64,000 bases of DNA, taken from Aquificaceae bacterium (GTDB lineage: Bacteria > Aquificota > Aquificia > Aquificales > Aquificaceae). Numbering within the stretch: the first letter of the stretch is position 1; every line of letters begins with the position of its first letter. Below, piece by piece: positions 18,856 through 28,772 of this stretch. Position numbers and translations under genes: made by a program. The stretch spans positions 123,965 to 187,964 of the forward strand of contig JAXSMZ010000001.1 in NCBI GenBank assembly GCA_037924335.1, written 5' to 3'. The notes beneath the pieces were generated by a model that had not been told where the DNA came from, ran no database searches, and saw nothing but the letters and a program-made list of their open reading frames with translations.

Positions 18856-20088
18856 ATGCTTCTCTATGACCTCTACAGAGGGAGAGACCATCATATAGTT
18901 CCCACTTTAGAAAGAATCGAAAAGGCAGTAAAGCACTTAGGCCTGAAGGAATTGCCCTATCGTTCTGTACAAGTTGGAGGGACAAACGGAAAGGGTTCAA
19001 CCTGTGCCTTTTTAGAGAGACTTCTCAGAGAGCACGGATATAAAACAGGATGGTTTGTATCTCCTCACCTTGTTGAAGAAGGGGAAAGGTGGCGGATAAA
19101 CGGCGATAAAATAAGCCAGGAAAGACTTGGCTTTTATGTTGAGTACCTCAGGAAGGTTTTTGAAAAATTTGAGCTCACATACTTTGAGGCATGTACTCTT
19201 ATAGCTCTTCAGTACTTCAAGGATGAAGGTGTAGACTTGGCAGTCTTTGAGGTTGGAATGGGTGGAAAATGGGATGCTACAAGGGCATGCACCCCATCTC
19301 TGTGTGCAATAACCAACGTGGAAAGGGATCACACCAGATGGCTTGGGAAGGATGTGGAAAATAGGGCTGTGGAGAAACTCGGTATATACAGAGAAGGGAA
19401 GCCTCTTATACTTGGCAGCATGAAGTTTCCTCTCTACACTAAAGCCTTAGAACTCTGCAGAGAAGAAGACCTAATAGTGGCAGGTCTTGATTTTTTTGCT
19501 TACGGAAGTGTTGAAAGAAGTCTGACAGTGATCGAAAGGTACGAGTATAAGGAAATTATCTTAGAAAAGGCTCCTCTTGGACTTTGGGGTAAGTGGCAAA
19601 TAGAAAATGCGAGTCTAGCTTTGACAGCAGCAAGTAAGCTCGTAAAGCTTGACCTTGATAGAACAAAGCTTGCTCTCTCAAAAGCCCGTTGGGAGGGAAG
19701 GATGGAAGTTCTGAGAGAAAAGCCACTCTTGATACTCGACGGAGCACACAACACGGATGGTATAAAAAAGGTTGTGAGAGAGGTCAAAAAGCACATAGGG
19801 AGCATAACTCCTGTTTTTACCGGTCTAAAAGAGAAAGAGTGGAAAGAAAGCATGCCCTTTTTGAGGGAGCTGTCTGACCGCATATACCTTGTGCAGATAA
19901 AACATCACAGAGGTGAGGATATGCAAGAGCTTATAAGGCATGCAAAGATTTTGGGATTCAGTGAGGCCATACCCTTGTGTTCTTCGGAGGATGTTTTATG
20001 TATAGATGATGACCTTTTGGTCATAGGTTCTTTGTACCTTGTGGGAGAGGTAAAAGAGGCTTTTGAAAGAGTAGCTAAGAAAGGATGA
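18856..20088 (+). CDS. folC: Folylpolyglutamate synthase/dihydrofolate synthase
   Basis: VGGTNGKGS, SPHL, FEVGMGGKWDAT, LDGAHN. Confidence 0.94.
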   Translation: MLLYDLYRGRDHHIVPTLERIEKAVKHLGLKELPYRSVQVGGTNGKGSTCAFLERLLREHGYKTGWFVSPHLVEEGERWRINGDKISQERLGFYVEYLRKVFEKFELTYFEACTLIALQYFKDEGVDLAVFEVGMGGKWDATRACTPSLCAITNVERDHTRWLGKDVENRAVEKLGIYREGKPLILGSMKFPLYTKALELCREEDLIVAGLDFFAYGSVERSLTVIERYEYKEIILEKAPLGLWGKWQIENASLALTAASKLVKLDLDRTKLALSKARWEGRMEVLREKPLLILDGAHNTDGIKKVVREVKKHIGSITPVFTGLKEKEWKESMPFLRELSDRIYLVQIKHHRGEDMQELIRHAKILGFSEAIPLCSSEDVLCIDDDLLVIGSLYLVGEVKEAFERVAKKG

Positions 20089-20633
20089 AGGTAGAGTTTC
20101 TTGGTTCCTTTTGGGATGACTTTCCAGAAAGTGAGGTAAAGGATGTTGTCTTTGTAGGAAGGTCTAACGTTGGAAAATCATCTCTTATAAACATGCTTGT
20201 AGGAGGAAACATAGCAAAGGTCAGCAAGGAGCCAGGAAGGACGAGATATGTGAACATCTTTCTTGTTGACAGGTCTGTTAGGATCGTCGATGTTCCAGGG
20301 TACGGCTTTGCAAGAGTTTCTAAAGTTGAAAGAGAAAGATGGAAGTCTATGCTGGAAAAGTACTTTGCAAAGAGAAGGGAAAACATAAAAAGCGTGCTTT
20401 TGCTCGTGGACAGTGTTGTAGGACCCACTGAGTTGGACATCAATATGATAGAATGGCTCAATTTCTTGGGAGTTCCTTTTAAAGTGGTCTTGACAAAGGT
20501 TGACAAAGCAACTCAAAAGGACCTCTCCAAAACTCTCAGAGAGCTGAGGAGGCTTGGAGTAGAACATGCCATACTTAGCTCCGCCAAAGAGGGAAAGGGT
20601 AAAAAGGAGATTATTAAAATTATCTTTAAATGA
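20085..20633 (+). CDS. engB: Ribosome biogenesis GTP-binding protein EngB/YihA
   Basis: GRSNVGKSS, DVPGYG, TKVDK. Confidence 0.95.
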   Translation: MKVEFLGSFWDDFPESEVKDVVFVGRSNVGKSSLINMLVGGNIAKVSKEPGRTRYVNIFLVDRSVRIVDVPGYGFARVSKVERERWKSMLEKYFAKRRENIKSVLLLVDSVVGPTELDINMIEWLNFLGVPFKVVLTKVDKATQKDLSKTLRELRRLGVEHAILSSAKEGKGKKEIIKIIFK

Positions 20634-21457
20634 GGTGGTTAAAGGTAAAAGCTCCACAAGGGGAAGTGATAAACAGAACTCTGAGAGTCATAAAAAAGTA
20701 CTCACTTAACACAGTATGCGAAGAATCTCTCTGTCCCAATATATCTGAGTGCTTTTCAAAAGGTACGGCCACTTTTATGATCCTTGGGAAGGTATGCACA
20801 AGGGCTTGCAAATACTGCTATGTTTCCACAGGAAAACCATCAAAACCAGACCCATCTGAGGCTTATAGGCTTTACTTAGCAGTAAAGGAGCTTGGGCTTG
20901 ATTACGTTGTCATAACGTCCGTTGATAGGGATGACCTTTTGGACTTTGGTTCTTTGCATTTTAAAAGATGCGTGGAAACGATAAAGACAAAGCTTCCAAA
21001 GGTTAAGGTTGAAGTCCTCTTACCAGACTTTCAAGGAAAAAGGGAGGCTATGGAAAGGGTACTGTCTGCTTCACCTGACGTCATAGCGCACAACATAGAA
21101 ACTGTGGAGAGACTCTTCAAGAGGGTAAGGCCAAAGGGAGATTACAGAAGAAGTATGAACGTACTAAAGTACTATGCGGAGAATTCAAGCATGCCAATAA
21201 AGTCAGGCCTCATGTTAGGGCTTGGTGAAAGTAAGGAAGAGGTTCTTAGGACCTTTGAAGACCTAAGGAAGGTTGGAGTTTCATCGCTCGTCATAGGTCA
21301 GTACCTGAGTCCATCCTCCGCGCATTACATGACTCAGAAGCATTACAGACCTGAAGAGTTCGAAGAATTGAGAGATATAGCTTTATCTTATGGTTTTGAA
21401 AAAGTCCTATCCTTACCGCTCGCACGGTCTTCTTATCATGCTCATGATCTCTTTTAG
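20630..21457 (+). CDS. lipA: Lipoyl synthase
   Basis: CX4CX5C (CEESLCPNISEC), CX3CX2C (CTRACKYC), RSSYHA. Confidence 0.95.
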   Translation: MRWLKVKAPQGEVINRTLRVIKKYSLNTVCEESLCPNISECFSKGTATFMILGKVCTRACKYCYVSTGKPSKPDPSEAYRLYLAVKELGLDYVVITSVDRDDLLDFGSLHFKRCVETIKTKLPKVKVEVLLPDFQGKREAMERVLSASPDVIAHNIETVERLFKRVRPKGDYRRSMNVLKYYAENSSMPIKSGLMLGLGESKEEVLRTFEDLRKVGVSSLVIGQYLSPSSAHYMTQKHYRPEEFEELRDIALSYGFEKVLSLPLARSSYHAHDLF

Positions 21458-21978
21458 TCCCTTATGTACATCCCCATTATGTACCCCTGCGCTATCACAT
21501 GGCCTTTCATCCGGTTCTCTACCTGACCTTTTGTAGCTCCTGGTGGAAGGCCAAGAGTTTCCACATCTAGGGCATACACTTTTATATAGTACCTGTGATA
21601 GCCGTGGCCTTTTGGAGGACAAGGTCCGCCATAGCCGATCTTCCCAAAGTCATTAACTCCCTGCTTTACACCCTCTGACTCTCTAATCTTTGGGAAGTTT
21701 TCCCTTAAGCTGCTTACGCTTAGGGGTATGTCGTAAACTACCCAGTGGATGAATGTTCTTCCAGGTGCATCTGGGTCATCCATTAGGAGCACAAAGGACT
21801 TGGTCTTTTCTGGAAAACCAGACCAGCTTATCTGTGGCGAAACATCATCACCTTCACAAGTGTACTTTCTTGGTATAAGTTCCCCATTTTTAAAAGACAA
21901 GCTCTCTATCTTCATTGCCTTTCCTCCCATTGCAAAAACACCGAGTATGAAAACCAAAGGTAGAACCAACCTTAACAT
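21454..21978 (-). CDS. YbhB/YbcL (PEBP, Raf-kinase-inhibitor-like) protein, probably exported
   Basis: DPDAP, FIHWV, YGGPCPP, HRY motifs; hydrophobic N-terminus. Confidence 0.93.
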   Translation of the reverse strand: MLRLVLPLVFILGVFAMGGKAMKIESLSFKNGELIPRKYTCEGDDVSPQISWSGFPEKTKSFVLLMDDPDAPGRTFIHWVVYDIPLSVSSLRENFPKIRESEGVKQGVNDFGKIGYGGPCPPKGHGYHRYYIKVYALDVETLGLPPGATKGQVENRMKGHVIAQGYIMGMYIRD

Positions 21979-22009
21979 ACTTATAACCTTATTTCCTGTT
22001 TCTGTATTT

Positions 22010-22744
22010 TCAAGTCAGGAAGAAAAGCACGGAGAGAAAAAGCCCCCAAGCTATGATGAAGGCTTTTACCTTTCTCTTCTCAAACTTCTGCGATGCTTTT
22101 GCTCCCAGGAAGCCACCTATTGCAAAACCTATCATCATCACAGAGGCGTATTGCCAAAAAACGAGACCACTAAAGGCAAAGTAGAAAGAAGCTATTGCGT
22201 TTATGGACATACCAAGGAGGTTCTTTATGCCGTTTGCTACATGTATGTTCTTTATGCCAGCCAAGCTCAAAGATGCAAGCATCAGTATCCCTATCCCAGC
22301 TCCAAAGTATCCACCGTAAAGTGAGGTCAAAAACTGAGCTACAAAAACAAAAAGGTTGTACCTACCATGAAACTTCACTTCTTTTATAAGCCCATTGTTT
22401 AGAGCCAAAACAAAGGTGGCAAAGAGGATAAGAAAAGGAACAAAGGATCTGAAAAGGTCAGATGGTGTTTTTACAAGCAGGTAGGCACCAAAGAAGCCAC
22501 CAAGCAGGGATGGAATCAAAAGCCTTTTTAGATAATCCTTACCCTCCTTTATATACCTTCTAAAGCCAAAGGCGCTCGTCATAGAACCTATCCAAAGGGA
22601 GACAGTGTTGGTTATGTTGGCGGATACTGGGTCTACCCCAAGCCAAACAAGGAGAGGAAAGGTTATAAGGGTTCCACCTCCAGCCACAGCGTTGGTAGCC
22701 CCAGCAAGAGCAGCACCAAGAGCTGCTAAGAGATATTCCATCAA
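22010..22744 (-). CDS. TauE/SafE (TSUP) family transporter
   Basis: GGGTLITFP, YGGYFGAGIGIL motifs; polytopic. Confidence 0.9.
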   Translation of the reverse strand: MMEYLLAALGAALAGATNAVAGGGTLITFPLLVWLGVDPVSANITNTVSLWIGSMTSAFGFRRYIKEGKDYLKRLLIPSLLGGFFGAYLLVKTPSDLFRSFVPFLILFATFVLALNNGLIKEVKFHGRYNLFVFVAQFLTSLYGGYFGAGIGILMLASLSLAGIKNIHVANGIKNLLGMSINAIASFYFAFSGLVFWQYASVMMIGFAIGGFLGAKASQKFEKRKVKAFIIAWGLFLSVLFFLT

Positions 22745-23361
22745 AAGAACTTCCCAAACTCTTCAAACTTGAACCTGTAAGCTCTCGGGAGGAGCTTCTT
22801 ATCTGGATGTTTGTAACCTATAGCTAAGACCATTAGGATTATCTTGTGTTTTTCTAAACTCAAAAACTTTCTAAGCCGTTCTTCATCAAAACCGTCCATG
22901 GGATGGGTTTCAAGCCCATAGGATCTTGCCACAAGCATTACGTTCATACCCAGAAAGGCAGTATCTCTTATGGCCTTTTTCTTGGCTTTTTCTCTGTCCA
23001 TCCAACCTTCCAGTATCCTTCCCCTTAGCATGTCCCTGTTCTCTGCAGGCAAGTATCCTAAGTCTATCCAGCTGTCAAGGACCTTGTCCACGTGTTCTTC
23101 ACCAGCCTTTGTATTGGCAATGAATATTATGTTAGCCGATGCATCCTCCACCTTTTGCTGATTGTAGCATATTCCCTTTAGTTCTCTTTTCTTCTCCTTG
23201 TCCTTTACCACTATCACCTCCCATGGCTGGAGATTATAGGAGGATGGTGCCGTCGCTGACAACTCCAATATTTCCCTTATCAGTTCGTCAGATAGTTCTT
23301 TGCTGGGGTCAAAGAAGGTTATAGACCTCCTTTCCGTTATTAGCTTTAAACATTCCTTCAT
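22741..23361 (-). CDS. Nitroreductase family protein
   Basis: RRSI, APSSYNLQPW, THPMDGFD. Confidence 0.93.
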   Translation of the reverse strand: MKECLKLITERRSITFFDPSKELSDELIREILELSATAPSSYNLQPWEVIVVKDKEKKRELKGICYNQQKVEDASANIIFIANTKAGEEHVDKVLDSWIDLGYLPAENRDMLRGRILEGWMDREKAKKKAIRDTAFLGMNVMLVARSYGLETHPMDGFDEERLRKFLSLEKHKIILMVLAIGYKHPDKKLLPRAYRFKFEEFGKFF

Positions 23362-23371
23362 GGGAACCTCC

Positions 23372-25492
23372 TTAAAGAAGTCTTTTTATATAATCTGGTG
23401 TCATGGGTAGCTTGTTCACCTCTATACCATATCCCCAAAGGAGAGCATTGGCAACTGCTGGTGCTATGGGTGGAAGACCTGGCTCTCCCACACCACCCAT
23501 TGGTCCATCACCCCTCACTATGTGGACCTCAATCTCTGGAACTTCATCCATGGTAAGCAGAGGATAAGTGTCCAAGTTTAGATTGCTGGGACCACCGTTG
23601 TTAAAGCTAACTCTTTCTTTCAATGCAGCGCTCAAACCCATGATTATAGCACTCTCCATCTGGGAAATTACAAGGTCTGGATGAACCACTATAGGGCCAA
23701 GGTCTATCACGCAGACAACTCTGTGAACCTTCACCTGCCCGCTCTTTTTATCAAGAGAAACCTCTGCAACCTCTGCCACATGACTTCCAAAGGAAAAATG
23801 ATAAGCCATTCCCATAGCCTCGCCCTTCTTTGGCCCTTTGCCCCATCCTGCTCTTTCGGCGGCAACCTCTATAACCTTCTGGGATCTCTCGTGGTTCTTG
23901 AGAAGTTCGATCCTTATGTCCAAAGGGTCTTTTTTGCTGAGCTTTGCGAGTCTATCCAAGAAAGTCTCAAGAGTGTAAGCATTGTGGGTGCTTCCCACAG
24001 ACCTCCAGAACCATACAGGTATAGGAATGTTCACTTTAACAAATTCCACGTGTACGTTAGGAATTTCATAAAACATGTTTGCTATGCCCTCAACGGCTGC
24101 GCTGTCTATCCTTGAAGGCATCCCAGCCCATTCAAAAACAGAAGGTACAGCTATTTTATGCCATAGAGCTACAATACTCCCTTTGTCCACCGCACCTTTT
24201 AGCAAAGTAGCGTTCATCGGTCTGTACCATCCAGACCTTATATCATCTTCTCTAGTATATATGAGCTTTACAGGTCTTTTAAGCTTTTTAGATATCTCCA
24301 ATGCCTCTTCTACAAATTTCGCATTGGATTTTCTTCCAAAACCCCCACCCAAGTATGTGGTGAATATCTTAATTCTGTCATCTGGCAATCCTGTTATCCT
24401 CTTTGCGACGTTCAAAGCGGCCGTCTGTCCCTGAATTGGAGCATAAAGGATACATTCTTCTTTCTTAACGTTAGCAACGCATGCCATAGGCTCCAAGGTT
24501 GCATGATATAGGTAGGGTAAAAGGTACAAAGATTCAACCTTCGTTGGAGATGAAACTATTGCCTCCTCCGGTTTTCCATCCTTCCTCGCTATCTCTCCTC
24601 TTTCCCCAAGCATTTTTATGTAATGTTCTTCCAGCTTTTTATCATCAAAGCCCTCCAAAGGGCTTTTTGTCCACTCTACTTTTAACTTCTCTCTTCCTTT
24701 CAAAGCATCTTCATATGTCCTTGCGCATACAGCAACACCCGAAGATATTGGAAAAACATCCAAAACTCCCTTTTCATTCTTTGCCTTTGAACCATCAAAG
24801 GAAGCTAACTTGGAACCAAAGTAAGGTGGTCTTTCCACAACAGCATACACCATACCCTTTAGCGAGACATCAATACCGAAGAGAGCTCTTCCGTCCACTT
24901 TTTCCCTCGCATCTATCCTTGGTATACTCCTTCCTATGTACAAAAACTCTGAGGGACTCTTCAGCCTTGGTCTTTCTGGAACTGGCAGTTTAATAGCCTT
25001 TTCCCATAGCTCACCGTAACTTATCCTTTTTTTACCATCCGTTATGTAACCCAAACTGGCTTTTAATGCCTCTTTGGGAACTCCCCATTCTATGGAAGCG
25101 CTGATAAGCAACATCTCCCTCATCGATGCACCCAGAATTCTAAGAAACTCATACATATTTCTAACGCTCGTACTTCCACCAGTCAACTGACTTCCTATTT
25201 TTCTATCTATGTAAACATCACCTGCAGGAGCTGAGAAAACCTTTACTCTTTCCCATGGAAAATCAAGCTCGTCAACGACTATCATAGAAAGGCCCGTATA
25301 AACTCCCTGTCCCATTTCTGACTTGTTTACCAAAAGAATAAGATGGTTATCCTTAGTTATATTAGCCCACAGAGATGGCTTGAGCTGCAAATTTTTACTT
25401 TCGTAAGCTTTTAAAAGACTAAAGCCCTTTGGTGTAAGAGCAAGCCCTATGCTTAAACTTCCTACCTTTAAAAAGCTTCTTCTTGTAATCAT
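23372..25492 (-). CDS. Xanthine-oxidase-family molybdopterin subunit (isoquinoline 1-oxidoreductase beta-like) with Tat signal
   Basis: Start MITRRSFLK at 25492 (ATGA overlap with upstream gene); SEMGQG, GGGFGRK, WRSVG, GVGEPG motifs. Confidence 0.92.
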   Translation of the reverse strand: MITRRSFLKVGSLSIGLALTPKGFSLLKAYESKNLQLKPSLWANITKDNHLILLVNKSEMGQGVYTGLSMIVVDELDFPWERVKVFSAPAGDVYIDRKIGSQLTGGSTSVRNMYEFLRILGASMREMLLISASIEWGVPKEALKASLGYITDGKKRISYGELWEKAIKLPVPERPRLKSPSEFLYIGRSIPRIDAREKVDGRALFGIDVSLKGMVYAVVERPPYFGSKLASFDGSKAKNEKGVLDVFPISSGVAVCARTYEDALKGREKLKVEWTKSPLEGFDDKKLEEHYIKMLGERGEIARKDGKPEEAIVSSPTKVESLYLLPYLYHATLEPMACVANVKKEECILYAPIQGQTAALNVAKRITGLPDDRIKIFTTYLGGGFGRKSNAKFVEEALEISKKLKRPVKLIYTREDDIRSGWYRPMNATLLKGAVDKGSIVALWHKIAVPSVFEWAGMPSRIDSAAVEGIANMFYEIPNVHVEFVKVNIPIPVWFWRSVGSTHNAYTLETFLDRLAKLSKKDPLDIRIELLKNHERSQKVIEVAAERAGWGKGPKKGEAMGMAYHFSFGSHVAEVAEVSLDKKSGQVKVHRVVCVIDLGPIVVHPDLVISQMESAIIMGLSAALKERVSFNNGGPSNLNLDTYPLLTMDEVPEIEVHIVRGDGPMGGVGEPGLPPIAPAVANALLWGYGIEVNKLPMTPDYIKRLL

Positions 25493-25947
25493 GGCTTTAC
25501 CCCCATAAGCTTTTGAGCCCTCTGGATGGCTTTCAGTATCCTGTTGTACGTTCCGCATCTACAGATATGCGACGACATCACCGAGATGATCCTCTCTTTA
25601 CTAGCACGTGGGTCTTTCTTAAGTAAAGCGTAAGCCTCCATTATATGCCCTGGCTGGCAGTACCCACATTGGGGAACGCTCAGCTCTATCCATGCTATCT
25701 TTATTGGATGGTTTGGAGATATACCTTCTACAGTTGTTATCCTTTTACTTTTTATTGCACCCACAGGCATCATGCAAGAACGTACTGGTTCATCCTCTAC
25801 AAGTACGGTACACGCTCCACATACGCCTTTGCCACATCCATACTTTGTACCGGTTAAACCTATATGCTCTCTTATCACCCAAAGAAGAGGTACGTCCTTA
25901 TCAACGTCAACCTTATGAAGCTTTTCATTTATATAAAGCTCAATCAT
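25489..25947 (-). CDS. (2Fe-2S)-binding subunit (isoquinoline 1-oxidoreductase alpha-like)
   Basis: GTKYGCGKGVCGACT, QCGYCQPG, CRCGTY; GGAGGT SD before ATG 25947. Confidence 0.94.
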   Translation of the reverse strand: MIELYINEKLHKVDVDKDVPLLWVIREHIGLTGTKYGCGKGVCGACTVLVEDEPVRSCMMPVGAIKSKRITTVEGISPNHPIKIAWIELSVPQCGYCQPGHIMEAYALLKKDPRASKERIISVMSSHICRCGTYNRILKAIQRAQKLMGVKP

Positions 25948-25958
25948 AGGAATACCTC

Positions 25959-27008
25959 CTAAAACCATGCTCTTAGATACTGTCTGGGTACTTCTGGTTT
26001 TAACCCAGCCCTTTTTGACCATCTTATGGGAAGGTATGGATCCCTTAGAAACTCTCTTGCCATAGCTACAAGGTCAGCTCTTGAGTTGCTAACGATCTCT
26101 TCTGCTTGCTCGTATGCCGTGATCAATCCGACAGCCATAGTTCTTATACCCACTTCTCTTCTTATCCTCTCAGCATAAGGTACCTGAAAACCAGGGTATG
26201 CTTCCATACTGACTTCCACTATGCCCCCAGAAGAACAGTCTATCACATCGCATCCCTCCTCTTTTAACCTATGCGTCAAATGAACGCTGTCCCCTAAGGT
26301 CCAACCACCTTCCACATGGTCAACGCATGAGAGCCTCACAAAAAGGGGCATACTGTCTGGTATAACCTTCCTGACGCTCTGGACCACTTCTAAGATAAAC
26401 CGCTCTCTTCTTTCCAGAGTGCCACCGTACTCATCACTCCTTTTGTTGGACAGGGGAGAGAGAAACTCGTTTATCAGATAACCGTGTGCTCCGTGAACTT
26501 CTATCGCATCAAAACCAGCCTCTACAGCTCTTTTGGCTGCATCTGTAAAAGCCTTGATAACTTTCTCAATGTCCTCTTTGGTCATCTCCTTTGGGGGAAG
26601 CCAGTCGCTATCGTAGGGAACAGAGCTTGGAGCTATGGCGTTCCTTGATCCTTTCTTTTCCATTCTATCCCTTTCCCAAGGTGGGTAATCCTCAGCTTTC
26701 CTACCAGCATGAGCAAGCTGAATACCTACTCTTGCTCCAAACGAATGGCAAAAATTTACAACCTTTCTAAGAGCTTCTATGTGCTCATCCTTCCATAAGC
26801 CAAGGTCCAAGGGGGATATTCTACCCCTTGGTTCTACAGCAGTAGCCTCAGTAAATATAAGACCAGTCCCACCTACAGCCCTTGAACCCAAATGTACAAG
26901 ATGCCACTCGTTGGCAAACCCGTCCTCTGATGAGTACATACACATAGGCGAGACCACAAGCCTGTTTCTAATGGTAAGACTACGGATGGTTATAGGGCTA
27001 AAGAGCAT
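25959..27008 (-). CDS. NADH:flavin oxidoreductase (Old Yellow Enzyme, YqjM/NamA-like)
   Basis: SPMCMYS, QLAHAGRK, HGAHGYL, RSDEYGG. Confidence 0.94.
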   Translation of the reverse strand: MLFSPITIRSLTIRNRLVVSPMCMYSSEDGFANEWHLVHLGSRAVGGTGLIFTEATAVEPRGRISPLDLGLWKDEHIEALRKVVNFCHSFGARVGIQLAHAGRKAEDYPPWERDRMEKKGSRNAIAPSSVPYDSDWLPPKEMTKEDIEKVIKAFTDAAKRAVEAGFDAIEVHGAHGYLINEFLSPLSNKRSDEYGGTLERRERFILEVVQSVRKVIPDSMPLFVRLSCVDHVEGGWTLGDSVHLTHRLKEEGCDVIDCSSGGIVEVSMEAYPGFQVPYAERIRREVGIRTMAVGLITAYEQAEEIVSNSRADLVAMAREFLRDPYLPIRWSKRAGLKPEVPRQYLRAWF

Positions 27009-27041
27009 CGTAACCCTCCTTACCCATACATTTTCCTTTTT

Positions 27042-27098
27042 TACTTACCTTCTGTCAAGTACTTACATTTTTGTATTATACTTACAAAATAGTAACTA
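27042..27098. promoter_or_regulatory. Three TACTTAC boxes in the OYE/HxlR divergent intergenic region (candidate operator)
   Basis: TACTTAC at 27042, 27060 and 27079, each followed after 5-6 nt by GT. Confidence 0.55.
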
Positions 27099-27111
27099 AG
27101 GGGGTTTTAGC

Positions 27112-27483
27112 ATGGAAAGGAGTGACTGTCCTATCGAGGTAACACTTAGCGTTATAGGTGGAAAGTGGAAGTTTCTGATAATAAAAGAACTCATAGATGG
27201 TCCAAAGCGTTTTTCTCAGCTTATGAGGTCCATAAAGGGTATAACCCAGAGGATGCTAACTAAGCAGCTCAGAGAACTGGAAAGGGATAAAATAATAGAC
27301 AGGATCCTATATCCACAAGTACCACCAAAAGTGGAATACACTCTGACACCTCTGGGAAAAGAATTAAAGAACGTTCTCCTGTCATTGCACAACTGGGGCA
27401 CCCTATATATGGAGAGGGATGGAAGGAACATAAGCTGCGAGGAAAACTCCTTTATAATAAAGAAATGGGAGAATAGAGGATGA
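27112..27483 (+). CDS. HxlR-family winged-helix transcriptional regulator
   Basis: [33 protein letters not shown]. Confidence 0.94.
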   Translation: MERSDCPIEVTLSVIGGKWKFLIIKELIDGPKRFSQLMRSIKGITQRMLTKQLRELERDKIIDRILYPQVPPKVEYTLTPLGKELKNVLLSLHNWGTLYMERDGRNISCEENSFIIKKWENRG

Positions 27484-28772
27484 AAATATATCTGTCTGAG
27501 ATACCAAAGAGGTGGTTCAACATTGTACCTTACCTTCCAAGACCCTTAGACCCACCCATTGACCCAAGAACTAGGGAACCCGTAAGCCCAGAGAGTTTGT
27601 TAGCTATATTTCCAGAACCTATAGTTGAGCAGGAAGTCTCTCAAGAAGAATGGGTAGATATTCCCGAAGATGTTCTCAAAATTTACTCATTGTGGAGACC
27701 AACACCACTCTGTAGAGCCAAAAACTTGGAAGAGTATCTAAAGACCCCTGCAAAGATATTTTATAAGAACGAAAGCGTATCACCACCAGGAAGCCATAAG
27801 CCAAACACGGCAGTGGCACAAGCCTACTATAACAGTGTCTCGGGTACGAAAAGAGTTACTACAGAAACGGGGGCAGGTCAGTGGGGAAGCTCCTTGTCCT
27901 TTGCCTCCCAGTTCTTTGGTATAGAGTGTGAAGTCTACATGGTAAGGGTAAGTTACAATCAAAAACCCTTCAGAAGGATACTAATGGAGACATGGGGAGC
28001 CAAGGTTATACCCTCACCGAGTCCTTACACAAACTCTGGAAAGAAGTTTTACGACCAAGACCCACAGCACTCAGGAAGTCTTGGTATAGCTATAAGCGAG
28101 GCAATAGAAAAGGCTGTAACAACACCAAACACCAAGTACTCCCTTGGAAGCGTCTTAAACCATGTGCTTTTACATCAGACAGTCATAGGATTGGAGGCTA
28201 GAAAGCAGATAGAGATGGCTGGCTATTATCCAGACTACGTTATAGGTGCGGTCGGTGGTGGAAGTAACTTTGCAGGATTAGCTTTCCCTTTCCTCAAGGA
28301 CAAACTGACTGGAGAAAAACCAAGCTTGGAATTTATAGCAGTTGAGCCAGAAGCATGCCCCACACTCACGAAAGGAGAATACAGATACGATTATGGTGAC
28401 ACAGTGGGGCTTACACCTCTTATAAAGATGTACACGCTCGGACATGACTTTGTACCTCCACCCATACATGCTGGAGGACTTAGGTACCATGGAGATGCTC
28501 CTCTTGTCTGCCTTCTTTACAAGGAGGGTTTCATATCGGCATCAGCTTATAAGCAGAGAGAAGTCTTTGAAGCGGCAATAATATTCTCGAGGACTGAAGG
28601 GATAGTCCCAGCACCAGAGACGGCACACGCAATAAGAAAGGCTATAGACATAGCCTTGGAATGCAAGAAGACTGGCGAGGAGAAGGTTATACTCTTTAAT
28701 CTGTCTGGGCATGGCTACTTTGACCTTCAAGCTTATGACATGTACCTAAAGGGGGAACTACCAGACACTTAG
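27480..28772 (+). CDS. trpB2: TrpB2-type tryptophan synthase beta-like PLP enzyme
   Basis: [44 protein letters not shown]. Confidence 0.93.
   Translation: MKIYLSEIPKRWFNIVPYLPRPLDPPIDPRTREPVSPESLLAIFPEPIVEQEVSQEEWVDIPEDVLKIYSLWRPTPLCRAKNLEEYLKTPAKIFYKNESVSPPGSHKPNTAVAQAYYNSVSGTKRVTTETGAGQWGSSLSFASQFFGIECEVYMVRVSYNQKPFRRILMETWGAKVIPSPSPYTNSGKKFYDQDPQHSGSLGIAISEAIEKAVTTPNTKYSLGSVLNHVLLHQTVIGLEARKQIEMAGYYPDYVIGAVGGGSNFAGLAFPFLKDKLTGEKPSLEFIAVEPEACPTLTKGEYRYDYGDTVGLTPLIKMYTLGHDFVPPPIHAGGLRYHGDAPLVCLLYKEGFISASAYKQREVFEAAIIFSRTEGIVPAPETAHAIRKAIDIALECKKTGEEKVILFNLSGHGYFDLQAYDMYLKGELPDT

Noticed and set aside
25493-25558. Longer start for the Mo-subunit given by the ORF track
   Set aside because: It overlaps the Fe-S gene; the Tat signal and ATGA coupling indicate 25492.
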